A DNA stretch of 64,000 bases, taken from sequence record PV261925.1, one strand, 5' to 3'. A program made the position numbers and the translations under genes. Below, in pieces: positions 1-10,828 of the stretch. The notes beneath the pieces are model-generated. The model worked only from the letters and a program-made list of their open reading frames with translations. It was not told the origin of the DNA and ran no database searches. The stretch's first letter is position 1; every line of letters begins with the position of its first letter.

Positions 1-3000
1 ATTTGACTATCGAGTGCAGTTACCTCAAACAACGAATAGTTATAATCTTCAGAGTTGTAACCTCTACCAGTAGTATTGAAACCAATTGCAACGTTCTCAA
101 CAATTACCTTCTCACCAACTTTAAATGGCCAATCTTTTACTTCACTAAACTGTTTGGAGAAGGTAAGTCTGACAATCTTGTTGGTCGAGTTATAAGATAC
201 AGAACTTATGCTGAAACCATTTGTATTTTGAGTGGGAATAAATGTTGGTGGAACATTATTCAGTGATTTAGTGTTTTCGATAATATTGACTTCATTGTCA
301 CCAAGTTCATAATCAAGTTCGATATCAGTGATAACTTGATTAGTAAATCCATCAATAACAATAAGATCAGGTGCCTGGCTGTAGTTGACACCACCAGATG
401 AAATACCGATTGATTCAAAAGAACCAAGAGGATCTACTCTCAATACCTGTGGTAAATTACCTACAACATTAAGAGTCTTATCGGATGGATAACCAAAACC
501 AATGTAGTTGAATTTAGTTCCTAGAACACTACCAATGGTGGTAGAGGATGGTTGAATTAGTGCACCTGTACCATTCTTACTCGTAACTGAAGAGAAACCT
601 GGGAGAGACTTATACCCTACGCCTTTGTTGAGTGCATTGATCTTGTTGATTGGCCCATTTGCAGTCAATGATGAAGTATCATACTTCATAGTTGCATTGG
701 TGGTACCATATGAGACTACAGTGTCGTAGTCAAAAGGAATATTATATTCAAAAGTATCTGATGTAACACCAACTACATTATAAATTCCATCAAATTTGTT
801 TTTAGTAAGATTAATACTATTGTTATTGATAACAGTATCATCTTTAAACAATCTCAACTTGACTGGAGGAATAATATCCAAATTGTCGGGACTGAATCCG
901 TAGTAGAGATTATTTGGAATGTTATCACTCATAAACAGAGTGAGATTTGCAGTAGTATCTACACCAACCACACCAGACTTTGTAACCTCAAAGTTTCTAT
1001 CAGTTCTTGTTGTCCAGAACTCATTGACTTCTTGTGAGTCACTATAGATGAACATATCAAATGCAGAATAAGTAATACCCTTATCAACAAATGAAAGTGA
1101 TGTATCAGATAAATCAAACTTGATGTATTGATTCTTTTGTGCCCTTACTCCAGGGTTGATTTTGGAAAGGGTTCCCGTGGTGGCAGAACCAACATTTACA
1201 AAAGTAGGATTCTCACTCGATAGTTCTGAGAGATATTCGACCAGTTTAATCTTATTATTCATATAAGAATAAACATAATACATTCCAGAGGCGGTCAAAT
1301 TCTCTGATGGATCACCAGAGGTATAGATGACTTTATCACCAGTAAAATACTTGTTCTCAGGAACGTGGAATGAATTGTTGTTGGTATTGATACCAGTTGG
1401 TTGAATAGTGTCAGGATCAAATACGATTCTTCTATTGAAGTCATCATACTTGACTTGAATGGTGGTAGTGGTTGTTGGATTGACATCAACAGTAATGATG
1501 TCACCTCTCTTCATACCATGTGTTTGTGCAGTAGATACCGTGACAACGTTTTGTGAAACTCTACCTTTGATTACAGATGTAATGTTAGTATTGAAACTAT
1601 GATAACTTCCAAGACCTACAGCAGATTCGAAGTACAACAATCCACCTTTCTCAGAGTTAATACCAACATATTGACCAACAGAGTTAACACCAACTCTTTG
1701 AGTTGCTATACCAATAATATCTTTGGACAATGGAATCGCAAAAATATTTCTGGTCTCATCAAGATTAAATATAGGTGTACTTGTAATACCACTCCAACAC
1801 GCAATAGATGTTCCACCATTGGTGTAATAGATCATTGGAGTGTTCAATGACAACTTATGATCTGGGAGATAGATCTGTCGTTGATCAACTCTGACCTGTG
1901 TTAAACCAACACCTGGATTTGAGAATGTAATTGTAGTCGCAGTACCTACAGTTGATGTACCTACACCAACTGCCTCGTTTGGAGTAAAGTATAACTGTTT
2001 ATTAATTGTAAGATTTCTCTGAGTATTGATACCTGTTGAGAGGAATCTGAGTTTTCTAGGATCATCTCTAACAATAGTACCTGCAGAGTGGGCAACTGCA
2101 AGTGTTCCATCAACACCTCTAAGAACTCTGACTCTACCAGATTTTTCATCAATGTTGAGAACTTTTAATTTTTCTCTTTCAATTCTGAGAATATCATTTG
2201 CTCTAATCGAATCCTCACCGAAAGGACCATTCATATAAACGTAGGTCACAATACCAGTGACAGTATCAGTTCCTATTCCTAGTGATACATACCATCTTTC
2301 ACTTGATACACCGACCGAATACGACCCAGCGAATCCTTTGTAGTATGAAGATAACCCATCAATGAAAATTGTATCTAATGGTAAGAAGTTGTGTGGAGCT
2401 GAAGTAATACCAACAAACCCATTAGCACTTCCTGTACTTGTAAACTCCACATTTTCATAAGATGTAGTGGCAAGACTTACACTGTTTACATTCTTACCCT
2501 TAAGTTGAGATACTCTAAAGTTTGCATTTCTACCGCCAGTATTAGTTGAATTGAGTTCAACCCTATCACCAATCTTGTATCCATCACCTGGATCCAAAAT
2601 AGCCATACCATCAACACTACCTGATGATGTTGCAGTAATGTCTAAAGACTGATTTCTAAGTTTGTCTGAATTGTAAATGTAATCATATTGACTATTTCCG
2701 CCATTTGTGAAATAGTTCTTAGTATTTCTAAACCACCCATCTCCCACAATATTGTAATGAGTTTGATTAGACGCTGACTTGAAGTTGAATGGAATTGGTA
2801 AGGAATTATAATCGTTTCCAATTACATATGGGAACAATGGTCTTCTGTAGTTATTAAATGGACCAGAAGAATCTACAGTATCAGAGATAGTACAGAAGTA
2901 TGCATATACACCGTTTGGATAATCTGGTGTTACACAGAAACGACCATTGTGTTCATCAAGATCACCGTCACCAGCATAGATATAGTCATCTACAAAGAAT

Positions 3001-6000
3001 CCGTTAGGGAATGCATTGTATGAAGGTCTATTGACAGGAGTATTCTTGAGTTTGTAACTTGTAACCATTCTACGAATGTTACCAGTTCCATCGATATTAT
3101 CGAAACCGTATGGACCATAGATTGGATTACCATCGTACGCCCAACCTACGATTGGTGAGTGATACAAACTATCAATTTCTTCTCCACCAACACTTAAAGT
3201 TAAGTCAAAAATACCATATTTGATATTGTCCTCCCCAAAACCATTTAATGAGTTTAGTGACTCTCTTAATGGTCTAGGTGCATAAACTGCTGCATACTGA
3301 AGTGACTTGTTTGAAATGTTCTCCTCAATAATGCAGTCATCATCTTTAAAGTTGGAAAAGTTTCTTTCAAATAGGTTGATATTCCATCCTCTAATATTTG
3401 CCTGAGTTTTTGCACCAGATCCAGCAGGTATTACATCAATTGTGGTCTTACCAGTAACATATCCTGCACCACCTTTTTGAACATAGACACTTTCTATCTC
3501 ACCATTATTAATGATTGGCACTAAGATTGCAAAATTACCTGTCTCACTTACAATGTTGAGATCAGGTGGTGCATTGTAACCAGAACCACCTGAGTTTACA
3601 ATAACCTCAACAATCTTACCATTGTTGATAATTGGTGTTAGTTTTGCTTTTGAACCAGACTCAAAGGTGATTTCGGGTTGTCTTCTAAAATCAACAATAG
3701 TTGATGCACCATAACCAACACCACCATTGGTCAAGTCAATACTTAAGATCTCTCCTCTAAAGACAGGTTGTAGTTTTGCTTCATAAAGAAGAATATTACC
3801 GATGAATGGATCATCACTAATCAACCAGTTTGCATCAGCACTAACCAAAACATAGTATGGATTTGTGATCTCTGCTTCAGTATCAGTCCATGCAAGTACT
3901 GATACAGGAGTGATAATATTCTCTTCAATTGGTGATTCAATAATATAAAGTTCTTGGAAGTCCTCGACAAAGGTCTTATCGAACGATGCTGCTGCACCTT
4001 CTACTTCAACAGTGATTGGTGGATAGTTAAATGAACCTACGCCCTGTTTTGTGAAGTTAATACAGATTCCTCTATCATAATAATAGTCTCTTTCTACAGA
4101 TCCAGTACCAACTTCTGTCAGTGCAAATGCATCATCATTAATCTTTTTAACAAAATAATCTTTATCTTCACTCAGACCCTCAACTCTTGGAGTTCCTCTT
4201 GTATATCTTACAACTTCTTTCGATTTATAACCGTGATTTAAAATTTCAACTCTATCTGATACTGTATTGATACCAGCTGTTGAAATAGTTCTCTTTTTGT
4301 TTTCGTAACCTACACCAGGATTAGTAACTACAACACTTGATACAACCTGCTTAAGTTCTTTTGCAACAAGATATTGCACACCATCACCATAACCTGCTAA
4401 ATCAACAGTGTTGATACCTGCAAATACATCTCCTTTTGTGGTATGAAGTTGAATACTCTTTTGGCCAGTTACAAATACAAAATACTCACCACCAGTATTC
4501 AGTCCAACAATACCAGATGTATTTCTTGGTTCATAGATTACACTTTCACCATCTAAGAATTTGTGATCGGTCTCAAATGTAATCTCATTTGTTGTGAGAT
4601 TTACATCACTTGGGAAATTGGCGACGAAAGAATTTTCAAGTTTGATTGAAGTCATTCTTGGTTCTGCCTGTGCACCAGAACCATTACCACCCTTGATTGT
4701 AATCGTTGGTGGTGCATAATAACCCATACCAGGGTCAGTAACATCAAGCTTTACAAGTTGACCTTTTACGTTAGCAACACCTGTTGCACCAGTTCCTACC
4801 TCATCGACAATCTTTACTACTGGTGGATTGATAATATCGTATCCAGTTCCACCACTTGTCATAGTGAAGTCAAGAATATCACCATAATAAACACTACTGG
4901 ATGACTTATAGTTTAACAACTCAAGACCATTAACAAAAATACCTGTATATCCTGAAGTTGTTTTCTCTATTCTCTTTCTATTAGTAGGACTTAGAATCTT
5001 TCTGTAGATACCCTGTGGTTGAATCGTTTTACCATAAAAATCAAGGTAACTTAAAGAAGCATTTACTACAGACCCATTAAATGTAATATATGATTCTCTT
5101 GTAAGGTCTGCATTACTTCTTGCAAGTTTGATTTCACTTTCATTTACTCTGTAGACAAAGTAAGAACCAGTGGTAACTCCATCAAAACCATTACCTGCAG
5201 ATTGGAAATATACTGAGTCACCTGTGTAGAAACCGTGATCGGGTAATGATGTTGGGTTAGTTGGTAATGGTAAAATGTCGGTGCTCAGTAATGATGCAGA
5301 GAAAGTTACTTTCTTATCGTAAGTATTTGTCTCAATGTCATTATATTTTGGTAATGAGTTAGATGATATAAGAACATCACCATTAAACTTTGCATATGTA
5401 TTCTGTACATTGGCAACAAAATTCTTGATATAAGAATGACTTGTAGACGAACCCTTGAGTAATTGATTCTCAAGATAGAATGTACCTGAAAGATTGATCT
5501 GTTGTCCGAACCTTACATTAATCTCATTCTCTGATACAATTCTAGTGACTGTTCCGAGGTTTGATACAGTGCCATCTTCGTTTTCATATCTGAGTTCATA
5601 CCCCTCTTGGAAGAAGTGATCATTATAAAGTTTAAAGTTATATACGAATGCATCAGCATCAATTACAGAACTTTCAGCAATTTTAAATTTTGTTTGGACG
5701 TTAAGGACATAGTTATTTGCTTTCTTTCCAGGTGCCTCATATCCAAATGATTTAATCTCAATAGTGTCATTCTTTTTGAAGTAATATGTTGGATCGTTCT
5801 GTACAAAATCCTTCAGGGTAGATGTAAATCTAACCCTGATTTCTTGTGAGGTATCAATACCAACATAGGCATATGAGAAAGAATCTAACTTAACGTCAGA
5901 CTTCTTATTCAATGAATTGGTCAGACCAGATACGTTAAAGAACTGGTTTGTGGTCTTTCCACTATATGCAACACCAATCGCATTACCATCAACATCATTG

Positions 6001-7013
6001 ACGACTAATTTACCATATTCAGGAAAGTCAACGGTTGAATCAACATCAAGAACCGTTGAACCAAAACTTACAGAGGTAAGGAGTTTTGTAAGGGGGTTAG
6101 GTTCAAACTCACCAAAAATAGAACCTGTTACGTCAGTATCTCTTGCAAATCCAGCATCAATACTAATCTGATAGAATTGATAATCATCATAAGGAATCTG
6201 TTGTACATTAGTTACAGATCCTCTTGCATTCGTTCTCTTTTGGAAGATTGTAAGGTTCTGAAGATCTAATGGATCACCCTGAAGTTTCTCAACTACAAAG
6301 TCTTGAGTTACTCTATAGTTTGCATTAGAGGGAGTCAGAAGGAACTGTGATGGTTTGAGAATCTCTACATCTTCACCATACAGTGCTCTAAACAAGATTT
6401 CAAAGGACTGATCAGTGCCCTTTGAAGAATAAAAACTATCTGAGTTGTAGATAAAGTTTTTGGAGTTTAATCCACTATAAAAGTTGCGATCAGCAAAACC
6501 AGGAGTAAACTGTCCCTTAATCTTCTTAAAGAACTGTTTGAGGAAAAGAACGTTCAGGTTGACAACTTCTGTTCCAAGTAAATGAGTATCTGCTTCAGTC
6601 TGAGAGAATGTTAATTCATCTGGTGCACCTGTGGTGACATAGGTGGTGATACCACTGAATCCTCTTCTACAGTTCTGAAACTCAGTGTCAGTCTTTGTTT
6701 CGTAGAATATAATTTCATTATCAATCTGAATGATACCGTTAGTCTCAGAGAAACCTTCTGTCGATACTACAGTAACAAATCTATCATTATAATCTAAAAT
6801 TTCGGCAAGAGTCGTTGATTCGACAATATCGTATAATTCTTCTACCTTTACATACTGGTCAATATTGTTGATGATATCAACAGGACCACTTTGGTATTCT
6901 TGTGATACGTAATACTGCTCTAAAAAATCCGATAGGAGAGGAAAGTCTTCTCTAACGTATCTGGGAAGTTGACTAGCTACAATTTCCTGGAATTTGACTC
7001 TATCTACTGCCAT
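1..7013 (-). CDS. gp7: Baseplate wedge initiator gp7, N-terminal >2300 aa, truncated by the window edge; contains a YHYH-type domain
   Basis: ATG at 7013 (MAVDRVKFQEIVASQLPRYVREDFPLLSDFLEQYY). The frame was open at spot checks at 3001-3060 and 1-60. HSPIVGWAYDGNPIYGPYG and DLDEHNGRFCVTPDYPNGVYAYF motifs are present. Directly downstream of gp6, as in T4-like cyanophages. Absent from the ORF track because it has no stop inside the window. Confidence 0.85.
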   Translation of the reverse strand, partial: MAVDRVKFQEIVASQLPRYVREDFPLLSDFLEQYYVSQEYQSGPVDIINNIDQYVKVEELYDIVESTTLAEILDYNDRFVTVVSTEGFSETNGIIQIDNEIIFYETKTDTEFQNCRRGFSGITTYVTTGAPDELTFSQTEADTHLLGTEVVNLNVLFLKQFFKKIKGQFTPGFADRNFYSGLNSKNFIYNSDSFYSSKGTDQSFEILFRALYGEDVEILKPSQFLLTPSNANYRVTQDFVVEKLQGDPLDLQNLTIFQKRTNARGSVTNVQQIPYDDYQFYQISIDAGFARDTDVTGSIFGEFEPNPLTKLLTSVSFGSTVLDVDSTVDFPEYGKLVVNDVDGNAIGVAYSGKTTNQFFNVSGLTNSLNKKSDVKLDSFSYAYVGIDTSQEIRVRFTSTLKDFVQNDPTYYFKKNDTIEIKSFGYEAPGKKANNYVLNVQTKFKIAESSVIDADAFVYNFKLYNDHFFQEGYELRYENEDGTVSNLGTVTRIVSENEINVRFGQQINLSGTFYLENQLLKGSSTSHSYIKNFVANVQNTYAKFNGDVLISSNSLPKYNDIETNTYDKKVTFSASLLSTDILPLPTNPTSLPDHGFYTGDSVYFQSAGNGFDGVTTGSYFVYRVNESEIKLARSNADLTRESYITFNGSVVNASLSYLDFYGKTIQPQGIYRKILSPTNRKRIEKTTSGYTGIFVNGLELLNYKSSSSVYYGDILDFTMTSGGTGYDIINPPVVKIVDEVGTGATGVANVKGQLVKLDVTDPGMGYYAPPTITIKGGNGSGAQAEPRMTSIKLENSFVANFPSDVNLTTNEITFETDHKFLDGESVIYEPRNTSGIVGLNTGGEYFVFVTGQKSIQLHTTKGDVFAGINTVDLAGYGDGVQYLVAKELKQVVSSVVVTNPGVGYENKKRTISTAGINTVSDRVEILNHGYKSKEVVRYTRGTPRVEGLSEDKDYFVKKINDDAFALTEVGTGSVERDYYYDRGICINFTKQGVGSFNYPPITVEVEGAAASFDKTFVEDFQELYIIESPIEENIITPVSVLAWTDTEAEITNPYYVLVSADANWLISDDPFIGNILLYEAKLQPVFRGEILSIDLTNGGVGYGASTIVDFRRQPEITFESGSKAKLTPIINNGKIVEVIVNSGGSGYNAPPDLNIVSETGNFAILVPIINNGEIESVYVQKGGAGYVTGKTTIDVIPAGSGAKTQANIRGWNINLFERNFSNFKDDDCIIEENISNKSLQYAAVYAPRPLRESLNSLNGFGEDNIKYGIFDLTLSVGGEEIDSLYHSPIVGWAYDGNPIYGPYGFDNIDGTGNIRRMVTSYKLKNTPVNRPSYNAFPNGFFVDDYIYAGDGDLDEHNGRFCVTPDYPNGVYAYFCTISDTVDSSGPFNNYRRPLFPYVIGNDYNSLPIPFNFKSASNQTHYNIVGDGWFRNTKNYFTNGGNSQYDYIYNSDKLRNQSLDITATSSGSVDGMAILDPGDGYKIGDRVELNSTNTGGRNANFRVSQLKGKNVNSVSLATTSYENVEFTSTGSANGFVGITSAPHNFLPLDTIFIDGLSSYYKGFAGSYSVGVSSERWYVSLGIGTDTVTGIVTYVYMNGPFGEDSIRANDILRIEREKLKVLNIDEKSGRVRVLRGVDGTLAVAHSAGTIVRDDPRKLRFLSTGINTQRNLTINKQLYFTPNEAVGVGTSTVGTATTITFSNPGVGLTQVRVDQRQIYLPDHKLSLNTPMIYYTNGGTSIACWSGITSTPIFNLDETRNIFAIPLSKDIIGIATQRVGVNSVGQYVGINSEKGGLLYFESAVGLGSYHSFNTNITSVIKGRVSQNVVTVSTAQTHGMKRGDIITVDVNPTTTTTIQVKYDDFNRRIVFDPDTIQPTGINTNNNSFHVPENKYFTGDKVIYTSGDPSENLTASGMYYVYSYMNNKIKLVEYLSELSSENPTFVNVGSATTGTLSKINPGVRAQKNQYIKFDLSDTSLSFVDKGITYSAFDMFIYSDSQEVNEFWTTRTDRNFEVTKSGVVGVDTTANLTLFMSDNIPNNLYYGFSPDNLDIIPPVKLRLFKDDTVINNNSINLTKNKFDGIYNVVGVTSDTFEYNIPFDYDTVVSYGTTNATMKYDTSSLTANGPINKINALNKGVGYKSLPGFSSVTSKNGTGALIQPSSTTIGSVLGTKFNYIGFGYPSDKTLNVVGNLPQVLRVDPLGSFESIGISSGGVNYSQAPDLIVIDGFTNQVITDIELDYELGDNEVNIIENTKSLNNVPPTFIPTQNTNGFSISSVSYNSTNKIVRLTFSKQFSEVKDWPFKVGEKVIVENVAIGFNTTGRGYNSEDYNYSLFEVTALDSQ

Positions 7014-7024
7014 TTGTTTTTCTA

Positions 7025-9067
7025 TTAGTAGGATGCTCTGCTAACGATTGCGGTACCAAGTGGTTGTCGGGGAGTTGTGGTCAGAAGTGCCTGTTCTTGT
7101 TCAGGGGTTTCGACAGTAGTAATTGGTGTACCTCTTACTAATGCGTTTGATCCATAACTTGATGAAACAATGTAGTTTGTTCCTGATACATCATTTCCAG
7201 AGGAAATGTTGTCAGCAATAACATCGACTGTTGTATTATTTACATCCAATTGTAGATAGAGATCTTGGAGACCAATCACATCATTAGAGTATGGAGTTGC
7301 CGATACCTCTACCAATGGTGTATTTCTATTTACGATGGTAGAAATGATGTTAATTGGGTTGAGTTTGATTTCTCCCTTCTTGTAATCAATAGTACCTACG
7401 TTCTGTTTTACAATAATTGGTTCAGTAGGTGAATTAAGTTTGAAGAGGAATACCGTACCTTTCTCAAGGTCACCTGTGGGTTTATCACCAAGGTAAACCG
7501 TACCACTAATACCACTGACAGTGAAACCAGATGATTTGATATTGTAACCAACTAGGTTTCCATCGAAGACTGCACTATGACCATGATTCTTCACATGGAA
7601 ACGATTGCCGAAGCATAATTCGTACTCAGCAAACTTATTAGGAGAAGCAACCATATCTCTTCTCATATTCACATTTGTGATGTTAGAAGTTACAGACTGA
7701 TGGCTACTATCAATAACCTTTTGGAACTTGGAATATTTGAAACGAGCACCAAACTGATTAAGTTCTGATGAATCAGCGTAAGCAGTCAAGTTCTGTAATA
7801 CTACATTCTGAACGAATGATGCATTAGGTGCAAGGTTTGTATTGTAGTATGTCTCACAATCTGCTTCAACATACAGATACTTCAGGTCAATGATCTCTGC
7901 TCGAATACCAGCAACTGAGTAACTTTTGATTCTCTGTTGAAGGTTTTGTTTGATTCCACTTGATAAGAAGACACCATTATATGGTTTGACACTGATGAAC
8001 ACCTTACCAAATTGTGGTGGGCTCAGATCCTCACCACCAAATGCTGATACTGATTCAGCTTCTGGGTAGATCTGTGGAATTAATGCTTCATAATCAGCAG
8101 CAGTGACTGCTCTGTTCTGTGATGCGTAAATCTGCGGTGCATACTTCTTAATCGATTCAACAGATTCAATTGATTTACCACCTGTTGATTGTAAGACCGT
8201 TTCAATAATCGATACACCAGAACTAATTCCTGCACCGTTATTATCGTTTAGGTTACCAATAAATTGAAAGTTTGCAATGTTGTTTCCACTAGCTCCATTA
8301 CTTGTGATATAACTTGCTTCAATATAATTCTTATCTTCAAGTTTGACACCAAAGACACCATCACCAAATAGTAATTCATATCTTTCTTGTGAAATCTCTT
8401 GAAGGAAATAAGCTCTGGTTGACTTAGTTACATCAAACAGACTTGTAAACAATTCAAACTGTCTTGTTACAGTTGAACTCTGGGTGTCTCTTACAACGAC
8501 ATTCAAGAGATCAGTATCAATACCTGAGTTAGGAAGAATAAACTTCTGAAGTTTATTACTACCATCTACCGTAAAAGTTTGTTTAATGTATGTTCCTTCG
8601 TAGATATTAATATTTCTAAATGATGCAGTACCAGTTGAATCTACTGGAACAGTAATATCATTTGGAATTGAGAATATAAAATTTCGACTCTTATTGACAC
8701 CAGTTGATCTAGATGTCATGACTGCACCAGCCTTAAGTGTGACTGATACTGCGGTTGTATTACTTACGTCTACATCAAAAGATACTTGGGCGGTTGATGC
8801 TTTTCTTGATCTAGGTACATACCCAATATTCCTCGCGAGAGACACCACGTTCTCCCTCAACGTGGCGCTATCGATGAATACCTCATTAGATACCATATTG
8901 GCATTATATGAGGTGATATACGTATTATATGCTAACGTATCGATGATTGTGCTTAGATTCGATCCTTCAAAGTCGTAATCAGTGAAGTTTGAGTTCGAAC
9001 GAAGATAGTCCTTGATAGACTCTTTGATCTGATCAAAATCTAAGTTGCTAAAATTAACTAGAGGCAT
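7025..9067 (-). CDS. gp6: Baseplate wedge subunit gp6
   Basis: 680 aa; NLDFDQIKESIKDYLRS..FTDYDFEGSNLS..LAYNT..NE.FIDSATLRENVVSLARNIGYVPRS and QNRAVTAADY motifs. Confidence 0.95.
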   Translation of the reverse strand: MPLVNFSNLDFDQIKESIKDYLRSNSNFTDYDFEGSNLSTIIDTLAYNTYITSYNANMVSNEVFIDSATLRENVVSLARNIGYVPRSRKASTAQVSFDVDVSNTTAVSVTLKAGAVMTSRSTGVNKSRNFIFSIPNDITVPVDSTGTASFRNINIYEGTYIKQTFTVDGSNKLQKFILPNSGIDTDLLNVVVRDTQSSTVTRQFELFTSLFDVTKSTRAYFLQEISQERYELLFGDGVFGVKLEDKNYIEASYITSNGASGNNIANFQFIGNLNDNNGAGISSGVSIIETVLQSTGGKSIESVESIKKYAPQIYASQNRAVTAADYEALIPQIYPEAESVSAFGGEDLSPPQFGKVFISVKPYNGVFLSSGIKQNLQQRIKSYSVAGIRAEIIDLKYLYVEADCETYYNTNLAPNASFVQNVVLQNLTAYADSSELNQFGARFKYSKFQKVIDSSHQSVTSNITNVNMRRDMVASPNKFAEYELCFGNRFHVKNHGHSAVFDGNLVGYNIKSSGFTVSGISGTVYLGDKPTGDLEKGTVFLFKLNSPTEPIIVKQNVGTIDYKKGEIKLNPINIISTIVNRNTPLVEVSATPYSNDVIGLQDLYLQLDVNNTTVDVIADNISSGNDVSGTNYIVSSSYGSNALVRGTPITTVETPEQEQALLTTTPRQPLGTAIVSRASY

Positions 9068-9469
9068 TTACCTAGTGGGTTGTAATGCAAATGATAATTG
9101 TTGTGGTGCTACGTCAATACCAATGATGTCATACCGAATGACTACATCGAAGGCATTATTGTCAAAGTTAGGGTTAACTTCAACTTCTCTCAATCGAACT
9201 CTTGGTTCAAAGTTATTAATCGTGTTCTCAATCTCAGATCGAATAGAACTTGCTGTCAAGAAGTCTAAGTTTTCAAATAATAAGTTGGTGACATTTGATC
9301 CAATTGTTGGTTCAAATGGTTTCTCACCAGGAATGGTAAAGACTAAATTACGAATTGAACGAGCAATAGCATTCTCGTTTCTCAGGATAATCACATCAGA
9401 ATTGATCGGATTAACCTGAAAAGTAGCACTTACGTCTTTAAAAGCTTTACTTATCCTTTGGACAGGCAC
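9068..9469 (-). CDS. gp25: Baseplate wedge subunit gp25
   Basis: 133 aa; AIARSIRNLVFTIPGEKPFEPTIGS..LLFE..INNFEPRV motif; upstream of gp6. Confidence 0.93.
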   Translation of the reverse strand: MPVQRISKAFKDVSATFQVNPINSDVIILRNENAIARSIRNLVFTIPGEKPFEPTIGSNVTNLLFENLDFLTASSIRSEIENTINNFEPRVRLREVEVNPNFDNNAFDVVIRYDIIGIDVAPQQLSFALQPTR

Positions 9470-9495
9470 TTAATTAATATACAACAATTCTCAGT

Positions 9496-9503
9496 TATTT
9501 ATA
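9496..9503 (-). promoter_or_regulatory. T4-type late promoter TATAAATA for gp25-gp6-gp7
   Basis: Exact TATAAATA on the minus strand 26 nt upstream of the gp25 ATG. Confidence 0.85.
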
Positions 9504-9519
9504 GGGGTATCCCGACAAA

Positions 9520-9675
9520 TCACTCAGTTAAAATTTGACTATTATCTTCATTCTCCCAGAAGTCTTTCCAGTCCACCTCAGATGCTTCATAGAAACCATC
9601 TTGACGGACTTTCTTCTGATTCTTTGGTGTCTTCTGATCGTGATTGATCTCTCTCAAAAAGTTCTTGTTGTCCAT
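9520..9675 (-). CDS. Small hypothetical protein (51 aa)
   Basis: Manual translation MDNKNFLREINHDQKTPKNQKKVRQDGFYEASEVDWKDFWENEDNSQILTE; fills the gap. Confidence 0.7.
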   Translation of the reverse strand: MDNKNFLREINHDQKTPKNQKKVRQDGFYEASEVDWKDFWENEDNSQILTE

Positions 9676-9688
9676 ATAAGTCTTTTAC

Positions 9689-10315
9689 TTATATATCCTT
9701 CACCTCGTACATATAATGATCAGAGGTTTCAATCTTCCTTTTGTTCTCTACACTATAGACTGTAGTATCAATCTCAAATCCAGGATTCTTTTCAATACGA
9801 TTAAATGTCCAGGCATTATCATACCAAATGATTCGATTGTTAGGATAGGCGTAATAGTTACCAGTCTCTACTTTAAACAGGTGTGCACACTTATGTTCAG
9901 GTGTTTCTGAATAGTTGAGATCAGGTACACCTTTATTCTCCCAGGACCAATCTAAGGTGAACATATAATCACCCAATACCTTCTTACCATCAGGACGAAT
10001 CAATTGTGCTTCAAGACCAGCAAGTCGATGTCGTCTTTGTACATCAATATAAGGACTGAAGCAATCCCAATACATGATCTGCTCTAAGGGTTCTATCTCG
10101 GCCTCTGGGTCCCAACAAAATGCATGTAGGGGTCTCCGTGTCCAATTGACACCATTCTCCAGAAACGCTTCAAATAGAGGCACACGTTTCTCAATACTTG
10201 CCACACTATGAACATCGGCCTTAGTGACCTCTCCATGTCCTTTCTTGTGGTTATACAGAAACTCATTACGAATGTAACAAGACCAATCAGGTAAACTGTG
10301 ATTTAAGTAAGCCAA
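9689..10315 (-). CDS. Cyanophage-type hypothetical protein (208 aa)
   Basis: Long ORF with TTG start, overlapping the SET gene stop. Confidence 0.8.
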   Translation of the reverse strand: MAYLNHSLPDWSCYIRNEFLYNHKKGHGEVTKADVHSVASIEKRVPLFEAFLENGVNWTRRPLHAFCWDPEAEIEPLEQIMYWDCFSPYIDVQRRHRLAGLEAQLIRPDGKKVLGDYMFTLDWSWENKGVPDLNYSETPEHKCAHLFKVETGNYYAYPNNRIIWYDNAWTFNRIEKNPGFEIDTTVYSVENKRKIETSDHYMYEVKDI

Positions 10316-10677
10316 TTCCTTTCTCCTGGAAAATAATAATCAGTGAGTTCTTCGTCCTTAAGTATATCACGAACTGCATACAGTTTACCTGTACTTCGTT
10401 CATATGCTACATTCGGTTCATGTGAATGATTGATGTAATACTGTTGACCTAACCGTTGTAGATCATCATCAATCCAATAACCATTACCATCATAATAAGT
10501 CATCTTCTCTAGATACTCTCTTATTTCAGATGATATCTGCCATTCACATATTTGAACACACTTCTTAGGTTCAAAGATAATAGTATCTTTTGGAATATCC
10601 ACTAAAGAAAAAACACCCACCCCGTCACAGACTTTACTGGGAGCGAGATAGGTGTAAACAGTTAGATTATAACTCAA
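10303..10677 (-). CDS. SET-domain protein (putative protein-lysine methyltransferase)
   Basis: GVGVFSLVDIPKDT (GxGvFA..dI), YINHSHEPN (NHSxxPN) and AVRDILKDEELTDYY (RDI..gEELT.dY) SET signatures. Confidence 0.85.
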   Translation of the reverse strand: MSYNLTVYTYLAPSKVCDGVGVFSLVDIPKDTIIFEPKKCVQICEWQISSEIREYLEKMTYYDGNGYWIDDDLQRLGQQYYINHSHEPNVAYERSTGKLYAVRDILKDEELTDYYFPGERNWLT

Positions 10678-10820
10678 CGTCCTTGACCACGATAACGCTT
10701 CTTCTTACCGTTTCGAGAGGAAGCTGACAACTTAGTGTGCTTACCACTACCTTGACGTGATTTCTTTGGAGTTGACTCGATCATTGTTTGACCAGTCAGT
10801 GAACGTTTAAACTTTGCCAT
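10674..10820 (-). CDS. Small basic protein (48 aa)
   Basis: Manual translation MAKFKRSLTGQTMIESTPKKSRQGSGKHTKLSASSRNGKKKRYRGQGR; GGAGG RBS upstream. Confidence 0.8.
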   Translation of the reverse strand: MAKFKRSLTGQTMIESTPKKSRQGSGKHTKLSASSRNGKKKRYRGQGR

Positions 10821-10828
10821 AATACCTC

